Made by a program: the position numbers and the translations under genes
The notes under the pieces: generated by a model
What the model was told of the DNA's origin: nothing
Seen by the model: the letters and a program-made list of their open reading frames with translations, nothing else
The model's database searches: none
Origin: Selaginella moellendorffii
Taxonomy: Eukaryota > Plantae > Lycopodiophyta
Length of the DNA stretch: 64,000 nt
Direction: 5' to 3'
Assembly (NCBI RefSeq): GCF_000143415.4
Contig: NW_003314305.1
Span: 88,391-152,390 of the forward strand
Shown: positions 1 through 12,086 of the stretch, in pieces
How the letters are laid out: every line of letters starts with the position of its first letter
Numbering within the stretch: position 1 is the first letter of the stretch

Positions 1-124
1 TATTCGTTTCCTCCCTAGCAGGTTAAGAGAAAGAAAGCAGCTCATGCCGGGATGTTTGAGCTTGCAAAGACACCAAACAGGCCCATGGTCCACATTGGTG
101 GATGATCTCCAACTATACTGTCTA

Positions 125-160
<36 letters not shown>
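125..160. repeat. (TATC)9 microsatellite
   Basis: Perfect TATC tandem array read directly. Confidence 0.95.
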
Positions 161-163
<3 letters not shown>

Positions 164-324
164 TTATGTGAAGCATGAGACTGATGGAGTGTATCACCGG
201 GTGTAGAGTAACTATAAGCAATATCCTTGAAGTTAACGAAAGTCAATCGTTGAAGCCTTTTATTGACTTTACGTTTACTTTCGCTTAGTTTACGCAAACT
301 TCGTATATATTTAAGGTATGGTTC

Positions 325-2055
325 TTACCTGTCTGCCAGGATTTTTACGCCGACATACCTGTAGATCATACTCTCAGCAAATACTCCCAAAAGAAAAAGA
401 AGTCAGTACCTGCCAAGCATCATAACTGTAGCCTGTGGATTTGTTCCAGGGGAAAACACGAAGGTAGAACCATCGACAACTCTCAGTCCTTGGGTGCCCA
501 AAACTTTATAGTCGGAATCCACAACCTGGCCAACCACGCATCCACCGTGATAGTGCCAGATGGTTGCAACGTTTGTCACGCAATAGGTGGCTATGGTTGC
601 GTTCAGAGTGGGCGCAAATGCTGGATTTCTCCGGTTGGGCGATCCAACTGTACCTCCCGATGGGAGAGGCTGAATGTCAAACACAAAAGGGCGGAACGCA
701 TTTGTGAGAACGGCCTCCTCGACCCTGTTCACCCCTGCAACGCATGTCGCCAGGTCTTGGGGGTTTTGGAAATAGTTGAAGGTGACTATCGGATTGTCTC
801 GGACATTCGTGGACCCCAAAACAAGCTTGCCTACAGATAAAGGCCCGGCGGCTTTCTGGAGTATGTACTCGACTGGCGCACCGGGTATAGCTGCTGCAGC
901 AGCACCACTCGCAGCCTCGATGTAGGTGCCAAATGCTGCAGTGATTCCCACGGCTTGCACAAGTGACGACTCCACTGGGGAAGGCGAGAGTATAACAAGA
1001 CGGGTTGTGGGGTTGTCTCTCATTTGTTGTCCAACTCCAGTTGCGTTCAACACCACCTTGATGCCCATGGCTGTCAGATGGTCTGCTGGCCCGATTCCGC
1101 TCAGCAAGAGCAGCTGCGGGCTTCCTAGTGCACCTGCACACAAAATCACTTCACTCTTGGGGTGTCTGCTAAGAAGAGCCGTGTGCGGTAAGCCAAGGAA
1201 GTCTGTATACCGCACTCCATACGCTCGAAGCCCTGGATTTGGCGGTTAGAAACATTGTGAATATAAGTACGTAAAGACTGAACCTTTGAAAAGGATGAGC
1301 TCAACTTGTGCGTAGAGCAGAACGTCCAGGTTCGTACGATTGCCGTAAACAAACAGATTTGAAGCTGGCCGCCGGAACCCCTGGCTATCGAAATTCGTTC
1401 CCCCGGTTTGGGTTCCAACTTGAAAGTCGTAGCTGGCACCGTTGTCAGGAGTCACTCCTGCCTCGAGCAGGGACTGCCTGAACGCTCTCTGATATGGCCC
1501 AAGCTCTGGGAATGACGCCACAATTCTCTCCACCCACTGGAAGGACGCGTTAGCCAGGCTCCCATCGAGGCCCATGTCTGCTATGGTTTGAGGACTCGCT
1601 CGGTTGTAAAACCCGGCGTTGATTGAGCTTCCACCGCCCAGCACTCGAGCCCGGCCGTTTCTAACGCCATCCGTGGAAACGAATCCCTGGACGAGTGTGT
1701 TGCTGCCAAGTTGGTTTTCGTAAGTCAGTAAAAAGCTGTCTCGGCGTGTGGAGATTGGATCGGGGAAACCTCCGCGCTCCAGGACCAAAACCTTGAACCT
1801 CTGGGAGAGTGTGGCGGCTAATGGGCATCCAGCAGTTCCTCCTCCCACAATGATGTAGTCATAGGAGTTCCATTTGAGCTGCACAGATGGTTCACTCATA
1901 GGTGGGATGGCAGAGCTCGATTCCGGACTGATTGCTGGATAACAAGACCAAAAGAATTGAGCTACATACAACTCAAGAAAAATGTTAAAGTGATTTGTGT
2001 CACCTGTGCATGTATAAGCAGAGATGGTAAGCGTAAGTACCAGAAAGAGATCCAT
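325..2055 (-). CDS. GMC oxidoreductase, HOTHEAD/mandelonitrile lyase-like, secreted, multi-exon
   Basis: Signal-peptide-like MDLFLVLTLTISAYTC; FAD motif YDYIIVGGGTAGCPLAATLS; RARVLGGGSSINAGFY; C-terminal TIWHYHGGC and GLRVVDGSTF..SPGTNPQATVMMLGRY; last exon YVGVKILADR* ends at 325. Confidence 0.9.
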
Positions 2056-2259
2056 TGAATTGCTACATTTGCTGAGCAGCACAGAGCCCCTTTTATCTTA
2101 CTCTCGGGTGTTAAAGTTTCAACACCTAAGTGGGAGATTATATAACAAGAAGATTTCCTGCTAGAATTTTATACGTAGTTGGCCTAGCTACAAGCACGAC
2201 CCAAACCAAACTTACTCTTCTCAGCTTTTTGAAAAACAGAAACATAGTATAGTACGTTT

Positions 2260-2268
2260 AAACCCTAA
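2260..2268 (+). promoter_or_regulatory. telo-box (AAACCCTAA) upstream of TPR-SET gene
   Basis: Exact motif about 30 bp before ATG. Similar motifs precede genes at 25413 (reverse), 32293, 43950, 46881, 54115 and 57737. Confidence 0.65.
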
Positions 2269-2299
2269 ACCTTTTAACCTAGGGCTCGAAGAGAGAGAG

Positions 2300-4288
2300 A
2301 TGGACAAGGCGTCGCTGATGAGGGCGTTCAAGGTGATGTGCAGCGAGGCGGGCGCCGCCATGAGCGACAAGTGCAAGCTCTCCGCCGCGCCGCTGCTGGG
2401 CCTCAAGCCGCTGGACATCCGCGAGGCCCACATTCGGTCGCAGCAGCTGGGCAAGGAGATTTGCTACGACGGCCGCGTCATCCACGCCAACATCTGCGCC
2501 TCCGCCCGGGTGCCCAACTCCCGCCTCCTCCTCTGCCTCGTCGAGGCCGACGACGCCGACAGCGCCGGCGCCGCCTTCCTCCACGTCTTCAACGCCCTCG
2601 CCTCCACTTGCACCAGGCAGGACGCCGCCCAGTCCATGTTTCCCACCGATGCCCGCCTCGCCATCAAGGAGCCGCTGTGCTACCGCTCCATCATGCACGT
2701 CTCCAGCCCCGCCTCGCTCCACTTCCTGGGCCTGGCCAAGAGGCTCCGGCGGAGGCCTTTGGAGGAGCTGCGCAGGGAAGGCAGCCGGTTCATGGCCAAG
2801 GGCAGCTTCCTCATGGCGGAGCTCTACTTCACCGAGTGCATCGATGTGTTCGCGGCCAGGGACGCGAGCACGTATGGTCCGGTGGAGAAGGACGTGTTCT
2901 CCAGCAGGGCTGAGTGTCGGCTCAAGCTGGGCAAGTTTGAGGAGGCGGTGGCGGACGCCGACATGGCCTTGAGCATTTCTGGTGATGGTGGCATTGCCGT
3001 TCGAAGGAGGAGCTTGTGGAGCAAGGGACGGGGACTGTCTGCTCTCCAGGAGCACCAACTCGCCTTGGAATGCCTCGAGTCTGTCATGAAACAAGGCGAT
3101 GAAGAAGAAGAGCAAGCTCTAGCGAGCGAGATCGACCGGTGTAAGGTGTTCCTCCGGCAAAGCCAGCACGGCGACTACGATCTCTCTTCTTACTTCCTCC
3201 CCAACAAGGCCAGCGACACGCCATTTCAATGCAGTGACTACTTCGGTCCTCTGGAGATCAAGCACACCCACGACGGGCGAGGACGGGGGATCTTCCTCAC
3301 CCGCGACGTCCAACTCGGGGACTTGCTGCTCGCTTGCAATCCAATCGCGGCTGTGTCAAGCGCCGCTTCCCATGACGCAGACGAGGACTTGGTGGTGGAG
3401 ATCGTCAAGGCGTGTGTGGAGTCCGAGCGGCGGCTCAAGCAGATCTATGCCATGGCCGACCGCGAGGCAGCCGAGGTGACGGCACTGCCCGACTTGGCCC
3501 CGTTCAAGTGTAACACCGGAAAGGTGGCGGCCACGCCGAGAAGCAGCCGGGGCGTGGACGTTGCCAGGATTCGAAGAGCTCGCGATCGAGTGGGCTACAG
3601 CTCGCAGGGATCTGGCGGCTCATACGTTCCGGGGCTGTGGGCATCGGTGGGATTGATCAACCACTCGTGCATTCCAAACGCTTCCAAGATGAGCATCGGC
3701 GATGTGGTGTTCGTGAGAGCTGCCAAGGATCTCAAGGCCGGGGACGAGGTGCTGCTCTCGTATCTGGAGCCGCCGCTGGCTCCCTACGCCGGCTACCGCG
3801 AGAAGATGATCCAGCAGTACAACTTTGAGTGTAGCTGCGAGCGATGCAAGCTGGAGCAGAGCCACCGTCATGTCTTGGGTGATCTTCCCGGCTACGAAGA
3901 CGATCGCGGGGGATCGGGGCTGGCGATCAAAGTCGACGACGATGTCATGGACGTGGTGGTGGAGATTGAGAAGCGGATCAAAGGGATGAGCGAGCAGGAG
4001 AAGGATTGGATTCGTGCTGGGTTTGTGGATCACTACTTGGCTGTTTGCATGCTCAGAGATCCTCGGGTCCCGATCGACTGCGAGCAGCTGTTGAGGATCA
4101 TGCGTGAGACCGGTTCGGGCAGCAAGCACACGCTGTCGAGGATTGCATTCTTGTGTAACATCAGTGGGAGGAAACCCGAGACGATGAAGGTCTTGTACGA
4201 GCAAGTTACTGCTCTGTACGGTAGACAAAGCCCCGAAGTCGTCGATGCTATAACACGAAAGTACCGCATTCCAAGCCTCAACATGTAA
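2300..4288 (+). CDS. TPR + SET domain protein (putative lysine methyltransferase), intronless
   Basis: 662-aa ORF; TPR-like helices (SSRAECRLKLGKFEEAVADA); SET motifs GRGRGIFLTRDV, GLWASVGLINHSCIPNA, GDEVLLSY; post-SET FECSCERC. Confidence 0.9.
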   Translation: MDKASLMRAFKVMCSEAGAAMSDKCKLSAAPLLGLKPLDIREAHIRSQQLGKEICYDGRVIHANICASARVPNSRLLLCLVEADDADSAGAAFLHVFNALASTCTRQDAAQSMFPTDARLAIKEPLCYRSIMHVSSPASLHFLGLAKRLRRRPLEELRREGSRFMAKGSFLMAELYFTECIDVFAARDASTYGPVEKDVFSSRAECRLKLGKFEEAVADADMALSISGDGGIAVRRRSLWSKGRGLSALQEHQLALECLESVMKQGDEEEEQALASEIDRCKVFLRQSQHGDYDLSSYFLPNKASDTPFQCSDYFGPLEIKHTHDGRGRGIFLTRDVQLGDLLLACNPIAAVSSAASHDADEDLVVEIVKACVESERRLKQIYAMADREAAEVTALPDLAPFKCNTGKVAATPRSSRGVDVARIRRARDRVGYSSQGSGGSYVPGLWASVGLINHSCIPNASKMSIGDVVFVRAAKDLKAGDEVLLSYLEPPLAPYAGYREKMIQQYNFECSCERCKLEQSHRHVLGDLPGYEDDRGGSGLAIKVDDDVMDVVVEIEKRIKGMSEQEKDWIRAGFVDHYLAVCMLRDPRVPIDCEQLLRIMRETGSGSKHTLSRIAFLCNISGRKPETMKVLYEQVTALYGRQSPEVVDAITRKYRIPSLNM

Positions 4289-4336
4289 CTCCCCTTCTGC
4301 TTCTCTAGCTAGGCGTAGATTGATTGATTGGAATGA

Positions 4337-6187
4337 ATGAATGGTGTGATCGAGAGCTTGGGTTCCTGGAATTCGATCCTTTTGGAGCAAGCGAGGAGCG
4401 GGAGTGCGCATGGAGTGAAGCAGCTGTTCGATCGGATGCCGGAATGGAGCGTAGCGTCGTGGAATATTTTGCTCTCTGGATATGCCCGTCAAGGAGATTT
4501 GGATCGAGCCCAATCCGTCTTCGATCAGATGCCGCAGCGCACTCTCGTCTCTTGGAATTCAATGCTCGCAGCATTTGTCGCCGGCGGAAAACTCGATCAA
4601 GCGCGACTCTTTCTGGAAAGAATGCCGATGCGCAGCATCGTCTCCTGGACCACCTTGCTCCACGCATATGCCCAGACTATGGATCATGCAATGTTGCGAT
4701 TAATGTTTGATCGCGAGCTTCCGGAGCGCGATACCATCTGCTGGAACGTCCTCCTTGGAGCGATCGCGGCTCAAGAGCGAACAGGCATTGAACAGATCCT
4801 GGAGGTTTTTCACGAGATCCCCGGGCGTGACTTGGCATCATGGAACATCCTCCTCAACTGGTTCGCTCAGAGGCGAGATCTGGAATGCACGCAGAAAACT
4901 TTCGATTCCATGCCAGAGAGGGACATGATTTCGTGGACGGTGCTCTTAAGCTGCTGCATCCAGGCGGGCTGTGTTGATCGAGCAGTGCGAGTTTTCAATC
5001 AAATGCCCCAGCAGAACATGTATTCGTGGAATTCAATGCTCACACTCTACGCTGATAGAGGGGATCTTGCCTACGCAACAGCGATATTCAATCAGATGCC
5101 ACAACGCAACGCCGCCTCTTGGAACACTCTCTTTGTCCTCAATGCCCAGAAAGGGCATTTGAACAGAGCCAAGGAGATCTTTGATGAAATGCCAGGTAGG
5201 GACGTTGCAGCGTGTACTGCCATGCTGGCAGCCTACGGAGCCGCGGGCCTTGCTGACGAGGCAGAGAGAGTGTTCTATGACATGCCGGAGTGGGACCTTG
5301 TCGCGGGAAATGCCATTCTGGTAGCGTTGTCATCCTCACCCGCTGCCACCGAGAGGCTCTTTGACCAAATGCCAGCCAAGGATTTGTATACGTGGAACAT
5401 TGCTCTGCAGACGCGTGCTGCCAACGGGGACTTGGAAGAAGCCAAGCGCATCTTTGACGAGATGCCAGAGACCAATTTGGTATCTTGGAACGCATTGCTC
5501 ACAGCATATACCCAGAAAAACTCGCTAGAAGATGCATACAATCTGCTCATTGCAATGCCGGACTGGTGCTTAGTGTCGTGGACTTTGTTGGTAGCTACGT
5601 ATGGGCAAAACAACATGGCAGGGGAAGCCAAGCACTTGTTTGATCGAATGCTCGAGCGAGATGTTGTTGCCTGGACTGCCATTATCTGTGCGTTTGCACA
5701 AAACGGGCATTTGGAACAAGCAAAGAAGCTCTTTGATATGATTCCCTATGAACCTTCTAATCTGGTGGCAGCAAATGCCATCCTTTCTTGTTATTCTCAA
5801 GACCACACTCACTACAGGGGTGCCTTTGAACTTTTCAGCGAGTTGAAACTCATAGACTCAATTGATGGAAGCTGTTTTGTTTCGATTTTGGTAGCATGTA
5901 GACACACTGGAAAACTTGATACTGCAAAAGCTTTGTTCCACTCCATAGCTATTGATTTCGGATTGGTGCCATCAAAGCAGCATTACTCTTGTATGCTAGA
6001 TGTCATGTCCCGAACTGTGGCATTGAGAGAGCAAGCCGTGGATCTTGCTTTGGCAATGCCTTTTTTCCCAGATGCTGTGGAGTGGACCAGCATTGTTGGT
6101 GAGAGTGCCAGATGGAGAATGTTGGGGTTGACATTTCCTAAATCTTTTTTCTCGCCTCCTAAGGTATCAGTCATCACGTCTGACTAA
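4337..6187 (+). CDS. PLS-class PPR protein (many ~31-aa repeats, truncated E region, no DYW)
   Basis: Repeated LFDxMPxRxxxSWN units; C-terminal FVSILVACRHTG..KQHYSCMLDV..MPFFPDAVEW. Confidence 0.88.
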   Translation: MNGVIESLGSWNSILLEQARSGSAHGVKQLFDRMPEWSVASWNILLSGYARQGDLDRAQSVFDQMPQRTLVSWNSMLAAFVAGGKLDQARLFLERMPMRSIVSWTTLLHAYAQTMDHAMLRLMFDRELPERDTICWNVLLGAIAAQERTGIEQILEVFHEIPGRDLASWNILLNWFAQRRDLECTQKTFDSMPERDMISWTVLLSCCIQAGCVDRAVRVFNQMPQQNMYSWNSMLTLYADRGDLAYATAIFNQMPQRNAASWNTLFVLNAQKGHLNRAKEIFDEMPGRDVAACTAMLAAYGAAGLADEAERVFYDMPEWDLVAGNAILVALSSSPAATERLFDQMPAKDLYTWNIALQTRAANGDLEEAKRIFDEMPETNLVSWNALLTAYTQKNSLEDAYNLLIAMPDWCLVSWTLLVATYGQNNMAGEAKHLFDRMLERDVVAWTAIICAFAQNGHLEQAKKLFDMIPYEPSNLVAANAILSCYSQDHTHYRGAFELFSELKLIDSIDGSCFVSILVACRHTGKLDTAKALFHSIAIDFGLVPSKQHYSCMLDVMSRTVALREQAVDLALAMPFFPDAVEWTSIVGESARWRMLGLTFPKSFFSPPKVSVITSD

Positions 6188-6896
6188 CACTACGGAGTGG
6201 AGAGAATGTTGGGGTTGACAAGCTCTTTGCATAATTCAAGATCCAGCTTAAAATCTCATGAGATGTTCCCTTGTCTTCTTTCTGGCCTCTTAAAGTCAAT
6301 CATCACGTCGAGGCTAACAAGCTCGAGACATGTAAAGCATGATGGCTGACTTTAGGGAGGAAGTCAAAGCTTGATGATGTTATTGGGTCAATGTAAAATG
6401 CTCTCAGACATTCTCCTTTGTCATGATCACCATTGATGAGTTGACCAGTGGCTCACTTTTGATTCCTTCCCTTGGTGAAAATCTCCCATGATCTTAAACA
6501 CGTTCATCCAAGGGAATCTTCTCCAATTCCATGAAAGTTCATCATATGCGGTAATGCTTTGATTTGCTTCTAAATTCGTACATGATCAAATGCAAACAAA
6601 ACACTGATCTTTAGTCACAAATGCAGTGCATCCACATCTTACTTTCAGAATTGCTCTTTGATCATCCATGTGCCAAAGTTAATATGTGCTTGCGAATGAT
6701 CCGCCGACAGTTTGAGATTTAGAAAAGTCAACCCCCGTGGTCGGGGCCCATACAGTTGTCTGGCCGGCTGCTTGGGGCCCTTTGACTGTACTGGGGGAGA
6801 TTATCCGACTATATATTGCAACATTTGCCAGTGCCAAAGTGTTCGATACTTTTTGTGTTGGTTGCTCACTAGATACCGAATCAGATTTTGATAGCA

Positions 6897-8057
6897 ATGG
6901 ATGATTGTTGCAGCAGTTTATTGCCGCCCGGTTCTGCCAGAGCTCATCACCACTCTCACTCGTCCCCAGATCAGGATCAGGCGTCTTCCAATAACTCTCT
7001 CTCCGACATTTCTTCCTCGTTTTTCGACCAGGACTACGATTGGGCATCGTTGCAGCAGCCGCAGCGAAGCAATGCAGATTCATCCACAGAGCTCCTCAAT
7101 TCCTCGGCTCTCATCTCACAATCCCAGCAGACTTTAGCGCTTGATCCAGATCAATTTGGAGGTTTCAACCTCAATTTTGTCATCGCGTCCTCTAGGCCCT
7201 ATGGCCAGCAGTATGAAACTGCGGTGCCATGCTTCCAGATGGTCTCCCCGGCAATGCAGGTGAAGCCGCTCAAATCCCTCAAACGAGAGTCTCTCGACCA
7301 GTCCACGCTAGTCAACTGCGAGGACAACAGCCCCGGCAGCGCTCGCAGTGGAGTGTTCAATCCCAATTGCTCGGAGCTGGAGCAAAGGCAGCCATTCACT
7401 GCTGCTTCAGATCTTATAAGCAACAAGAGGCAGTGCCTGGTAAGATCGAATGGCTGGATTCCATTGAGCTTGTCATTGAACTATCTCCTGCTCTTCCTTG
7501 TGAAGGATCAAAGGCTTCAAGGATGGAGCTCACCTACGAATGAATCCAAGCACAAGCTCTCAAGTGTGAGCTTTGTTGGGCCAGCTCTCAACACGAATGG
7601 CAAGCCCAGAGCAAAGCGTGGATCTGCAACAGATCCCCAAAGCGTTTACGCAAGGGTGAGTATTTTTTGTTCTATTGTTCCATGTTGACTCTGATCAATG
7701 TTAAAACTCCAGCACCGGAGAGAGAGGATCAACGAGAGGCTCAAAACTTTACAACACCTTGTTCCAAATGGTGCAAAGGTAAATTTTAATGGATTTTCTT
7801 CTGCTGAGTTTACTCAATGAATTTACCATGCAGGTTGACATAGTGACAATGCTTGAAGAAGCAATACATTACGTGAAGTTTCTACAGCTGCAAGTCAACG
7901 TGAGTTGTCACAAAATGGTCTCTAAACACGATTACTGATTTTTTTAAGCTTCATTATGTAGATGTTAAGCTCTGATGAGTACTGGATTTATGCACCCACA
8001 ACATATAATGGTCCTGAGACACCTCTAGGAGTGAAATTACCACTGACGGGATCATAA
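6897..8057 (+). CDS. RSL: class II RSL (RHD6-like) bHLH transcription factor, RSL2/RSL4-like
   Basis: Spliced product GPALNTNGKPRAKRGSATDPQSVYAR|HRRERINERLKTLQHLVPNGAK|VDIVTMLEEAIHYVKFLQLQVN|MLSSDEYWIYAPTTYNG; the RSL motif after the bHLH is of class II type; GT-AG introns of ~56-62 nt. Confidence 0.92.
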
Positions 8058-8251
8058 ACAAACTTCGATTCTTTTATTTCTTTTTGTGGGATCTAGATTG
8101 CCAAATAAGCATGAGAAAGGTCCCCATTATAAATGTACATTACCCGTGAGAAATGTATGTATTTTTTTCTAGCAAAAGTTTTGCTTTACATCATTGGACA
8201 AAAAAAAGTTTTTTTAACCTGTAGGAGATTACCCTAGCCTTGCCCGTGGCG

Positions 8252-9406
8252 ATGACGATGAAGCAGCCATTTTTTAAGCTCAACACTGGAGCTTCCATTC
8301 CATCACTGGGTTTTGGAAGTGGTACGCCCATCAGCGTGGAGGAAATGAAAGCCGCGGTTGTGTGTGCTATCAAGGTTTGTTTTACCTTTTTCTCCCAAAT
8401 GTCGAATGCAAATGAAAATCCATAGCTCGGATATCGGCACTTTGATACTGCTGGCTTGTATGGAACTGAAGCTGGCATTGGAGAGGGACTTGCCCAAGCT
8501 CTTGCAACTGGCCTTGTTAGTAGAGAGGATATTTTCCTCACGACAAAGCTCAAACACGAGGATCACGGTAGCCAGGATGTTCTCCCAGCACTCCAGGAAA
8601 GCCTCAGGTATAGGAGGATATATTTTTTGTTTCTTCTCACAAGTTCGAATAGTGCCTTGAAGATGAACTATGTGGACTTGTTCTTGATACATGCTCCACT
8701 CAGAACAACCAGAGGAGCTCCATTCCCACCCAAGGAGGAAGATTTCTTACCTGTGGACATCCCGGCTACGTGGGAAGCCATGGAAGAATGCTTTCGAAAG
8801 GGGCTGGCCAAGGCAATCGGTGTGAGTAACTTTAGCACGAAAAAGCTGCACGACTTGCTTCAACATGCAAAGATCACTCCTGCAGTGGATCAGGTAACAC
8901 CATGATCTTCAAGAAAACTTCTACCGAGTTTTGTTGTCACTCTTCAAGGTTGAGTTACATCCATTGTGGCAGCAAGAGCAGTTGAGAGACTTGTGCAAGA
9001 GAAATTGTGTCCAAGTGATTGCTTGGTCACCTCTAGGTGGTCTTGGCAAGCCTTGGGGAAGCAAATCCGTTATAGAGCATCCTGTTATCCAGGAAATCGC
9101 TCTAAAGCACCACAAATCTCCTGCTCAGGTACATAGTTTTCTTGATTCCCGTTAAGTTTCATTCATCCATGTGTACAGGTGATCATACGATGGCTCACGG
9201 AAATCAACGTAGCTCCCGTTGTCAAGAGCTACAACTCCCAGAGACTGCTGGAAAACATAAACAGCTTCGACTTCAGCTTGGCAGACGAGGACCATAAACG
9301 AATCGAGACCATCGCACAGGAAAGGCTTGGTATGTGGGATGCTTTGTGCAATTTCACTACCAGTCCTTACAAGTCACCGTTTGAGCTATGGGATGGAGAG
9401 ATTTGA
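8252..9406 (+). CDS. aldo-keto reductase (AKR4-like), multi-exon
   Basis: [64 protein letters not shown]. Confidence 0.92.
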
Positions 9407-9482
9407 ATGCCATCATAAGCTATATAACTCTGTCATCTTTTTATTTGAAGATTCTTCAAATGAAGAGTTACTTGGATGATGA

Positions 9483-10859
9483 TCATGATCTTATGCGGTG
9501 CACAAAATTGATGATGGACGCGATGGTTCCAGCCATGCCCACTGCAGTTCCCACAGCCAAGATAGTATAGTTGACTCGGGCCTCCCACTTTGGCATCACG
9601 TTTCTGTATATTCTCAAGTAAAATAACGAAGGAAGGATCACCGCTACGAGCATGCCTGAGGCAGAGCCTATAAATGCCACCACGGTTTCGAAATATGGAA
9701 AAACCATAGCCAACAAAAAAACGAAGATCATGAGACCGGTCCTGAGAAGCAGGCTGGATGCCACAAAGGACCTCGAAGTATTGGGCCACGGGAATTTGCT
9801 CTCAATATCGAGAGCTATGGGAGCAAGGCATAGCGAATACTTGCTGAATGGAAGGAGAACAACCAGCCATAGCACAAGCTTGGCAGCAACCATGTGTGTG
9901 GGAATATTTAGAGATACTTGCGGAAGTGTATAGTCCCCAAACATGGTTCCTCCTAGAAACGCGAATCCAATGTATATCATCGTGGAGATCATAAAACTGA
10001 GAACCAACACCTAGAAGTCCAGTACGAAGTTTAGTTTTACATCTGCATGTCAGTCGATAAAAATGGTACCTTTGAATAGTTGGAGGGATCCTTGAGCGAC
10101 GTATAAACACTAGGAAGAGCACAGTGAGCCGCAAAACAGTAGGCATAGATTCCCGCGATGTTGAGCAAGTTTTCCGGTCTCAAGTGTGGAACCGAGTGGT
10201 GAAACCCGACACCCAATCCAGCTCCAACATAAATCATTGTAACCGTGATGATCATGTACGTAACAATACCGAATAGAGATAGATATGATATCCATGCCAA
10301 GTTTCTCAGCCAGACTGTTGGAAGAACAACGAGGAACGCTATCAAAAGCAGCACCTTGGAAGGGCCAATCTCAAGAGCTGAGATCCGAAGAGTGGCATGA
10401 GGGAATAGCCTGGCAAGATTGTCACCCATGGAAATCGTGTAGCTCACCAACACTGCTATCATCTCGAATTGAACCAGCAAGGTGAAGGGGAGGCGAGCTC
10501 TGGAACCGAAGGCAGCCTCGGCAATTGTGTTGTATGTTCCATTTGGGATGAGGCAGCGACCAAGAACATAGGCAGTATAGCAGCATATCACTGAAAACGC
10601 GAACAGGATGCTCAAACCCAGCCAGCCACCTTGCTCGAGAGCGTAGGGTGTGGTGAGGAAAGAAATCCCTGCAAAGAATCAAGGCAGCTTGCTTGAAGCT
10701 TTTCAAATCAAGAAGAATATCGTCAATCACGAGTTATCACTCACCAAGTATGGCACTGACACTATTGAATGTTGCATGTAGGAATGAGCTTCTTTGTAGC
10801 TTGTTTTGTGATTGATCATTTTGATCAAGGCTCTGCCCCTCAAGAGCTTGGTGCTCCAT
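9483..10859 (-). CDS. AVT1-like amino acid transporter (AAAP family), copy 1; 5' end uncertain
   Basis: SSFLHATFNSVSAILG|ISFLTTPYALEQGGW, LPTVWLRNLAWISYLS, GIYAYCFAAH, SKYSLCL, FPYFETVVAFIGS. Confidence 0.85.
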
Positions 10860-10913
10860 ATCTATCTCGACATCGCGCTCAGACGAAGGCCCTTGGAAAA
10901 AAATCCAAAATCA

Positions 10914-10999
10914 AAAGTCATGGTACAAGCCTTTTTTGAAGATTCGTGAGAATCAAGGTGATCTCGTGAATCTTCAAAAAAGGATTGTGCCATGACTTT
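10914..10999 (+). repeat. ~42-bp-stem inverted repeat (pre-miRNA-like hairpin)
   Basis: AAAGTCATGGTACAAGCCTTTTTTGAAGATTCGTGAGAATCA-AGG-TGATCTCGTGAATCTTCAAAAAAGGATTGTGCCATGACTTT; on + RNA it pairs with 3 G:U, 1 mismatch and 1 bulge. Confidence 0.85.
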
Positions 11000-12086
11000 A
11001 TGCCTTGATTCTTGCTTAAACTCAAAAGGTCAGAAAGTCATGGAAGAAATGCATAATCCAGCATAAATGTTTAATGATTAATTATAAATTAGTAACGTTA
11101 AACTTTAATTCGTAAATGTAAATAGTGGTGCCTTTGGTTGTTGAGGTTATTTGTGGTAAGGTAAATGAACCTATCTTTGATCATGTGATGTCCATGTGAA
11201 CAAATCTGACTGCCTCACCTCACTTGTATTATTATCCATCCACACCTTTTGCCATTGCCAAAGGGAATCGAATCAAAGCTTTGCACTTTCAACAAAATCT
11301 AACAACAATTATAATTTTAACAACTATAATTTTATAATTAAGTATATAACCTATGCTTGGTTTGGGCTTTTCCTCATTGTGCTTTATATTTGTGTTCCTT
11401 CTTATATTTTATTTCTTATTTTATTCATTCTCTTTAGTATTATGGCTAGATTAGAATATGTAAATCATCATCAGATAGTATTCTTTCTTTTTCTGATCTT
11501 ATTGAGAGAACTAATAGTAAGGTAAATTCATTTACTTTTTTGTATTACGGTTGGTCTTATTCCAAAAATAAAAATTATAATTTAATTTTTTAAATACTTA
11601 AATAATTAAAAAATAATATACTAGAACAATCTTTAATTTGTAATAATGAGGTGGCATGCTTATGTAAGCAATGAGGTGAAGTCCAAATAAACAAATGGGG
11701 CCCACCTAAATAAAGGATGGTGTCTATTTCTGACAATAGATTTGCAAATTGATCGTTTCAATCAAGGCTTTGTCCCTTCACAAAGCTCCATCCCACATGA
11801 AAAATTGCGAAAGCTCTCCTCCATGAATTGGTCAGGAGCTCCATTGAAGTCATGATCGTCCTACTCATCAGAAGCATCATCGCTCCATGCGTTTTGACCA
11901 CCTACGAAGTCACGAGACCGTCTCCCAAGTGTTTCTACCTTTAAAGGTGGTCTCAAAACGTGTCCAACCCCACTTAATTTTCTTGACAGATGGGGCGGGA
12001 CCACGTCAGCCTTTCGTTCTAGATGTGTTTGGATGGAACGCGGAGAGTGAAGAAGGTGAGTGAAGAAGATAATTTTCCATTCTCCC

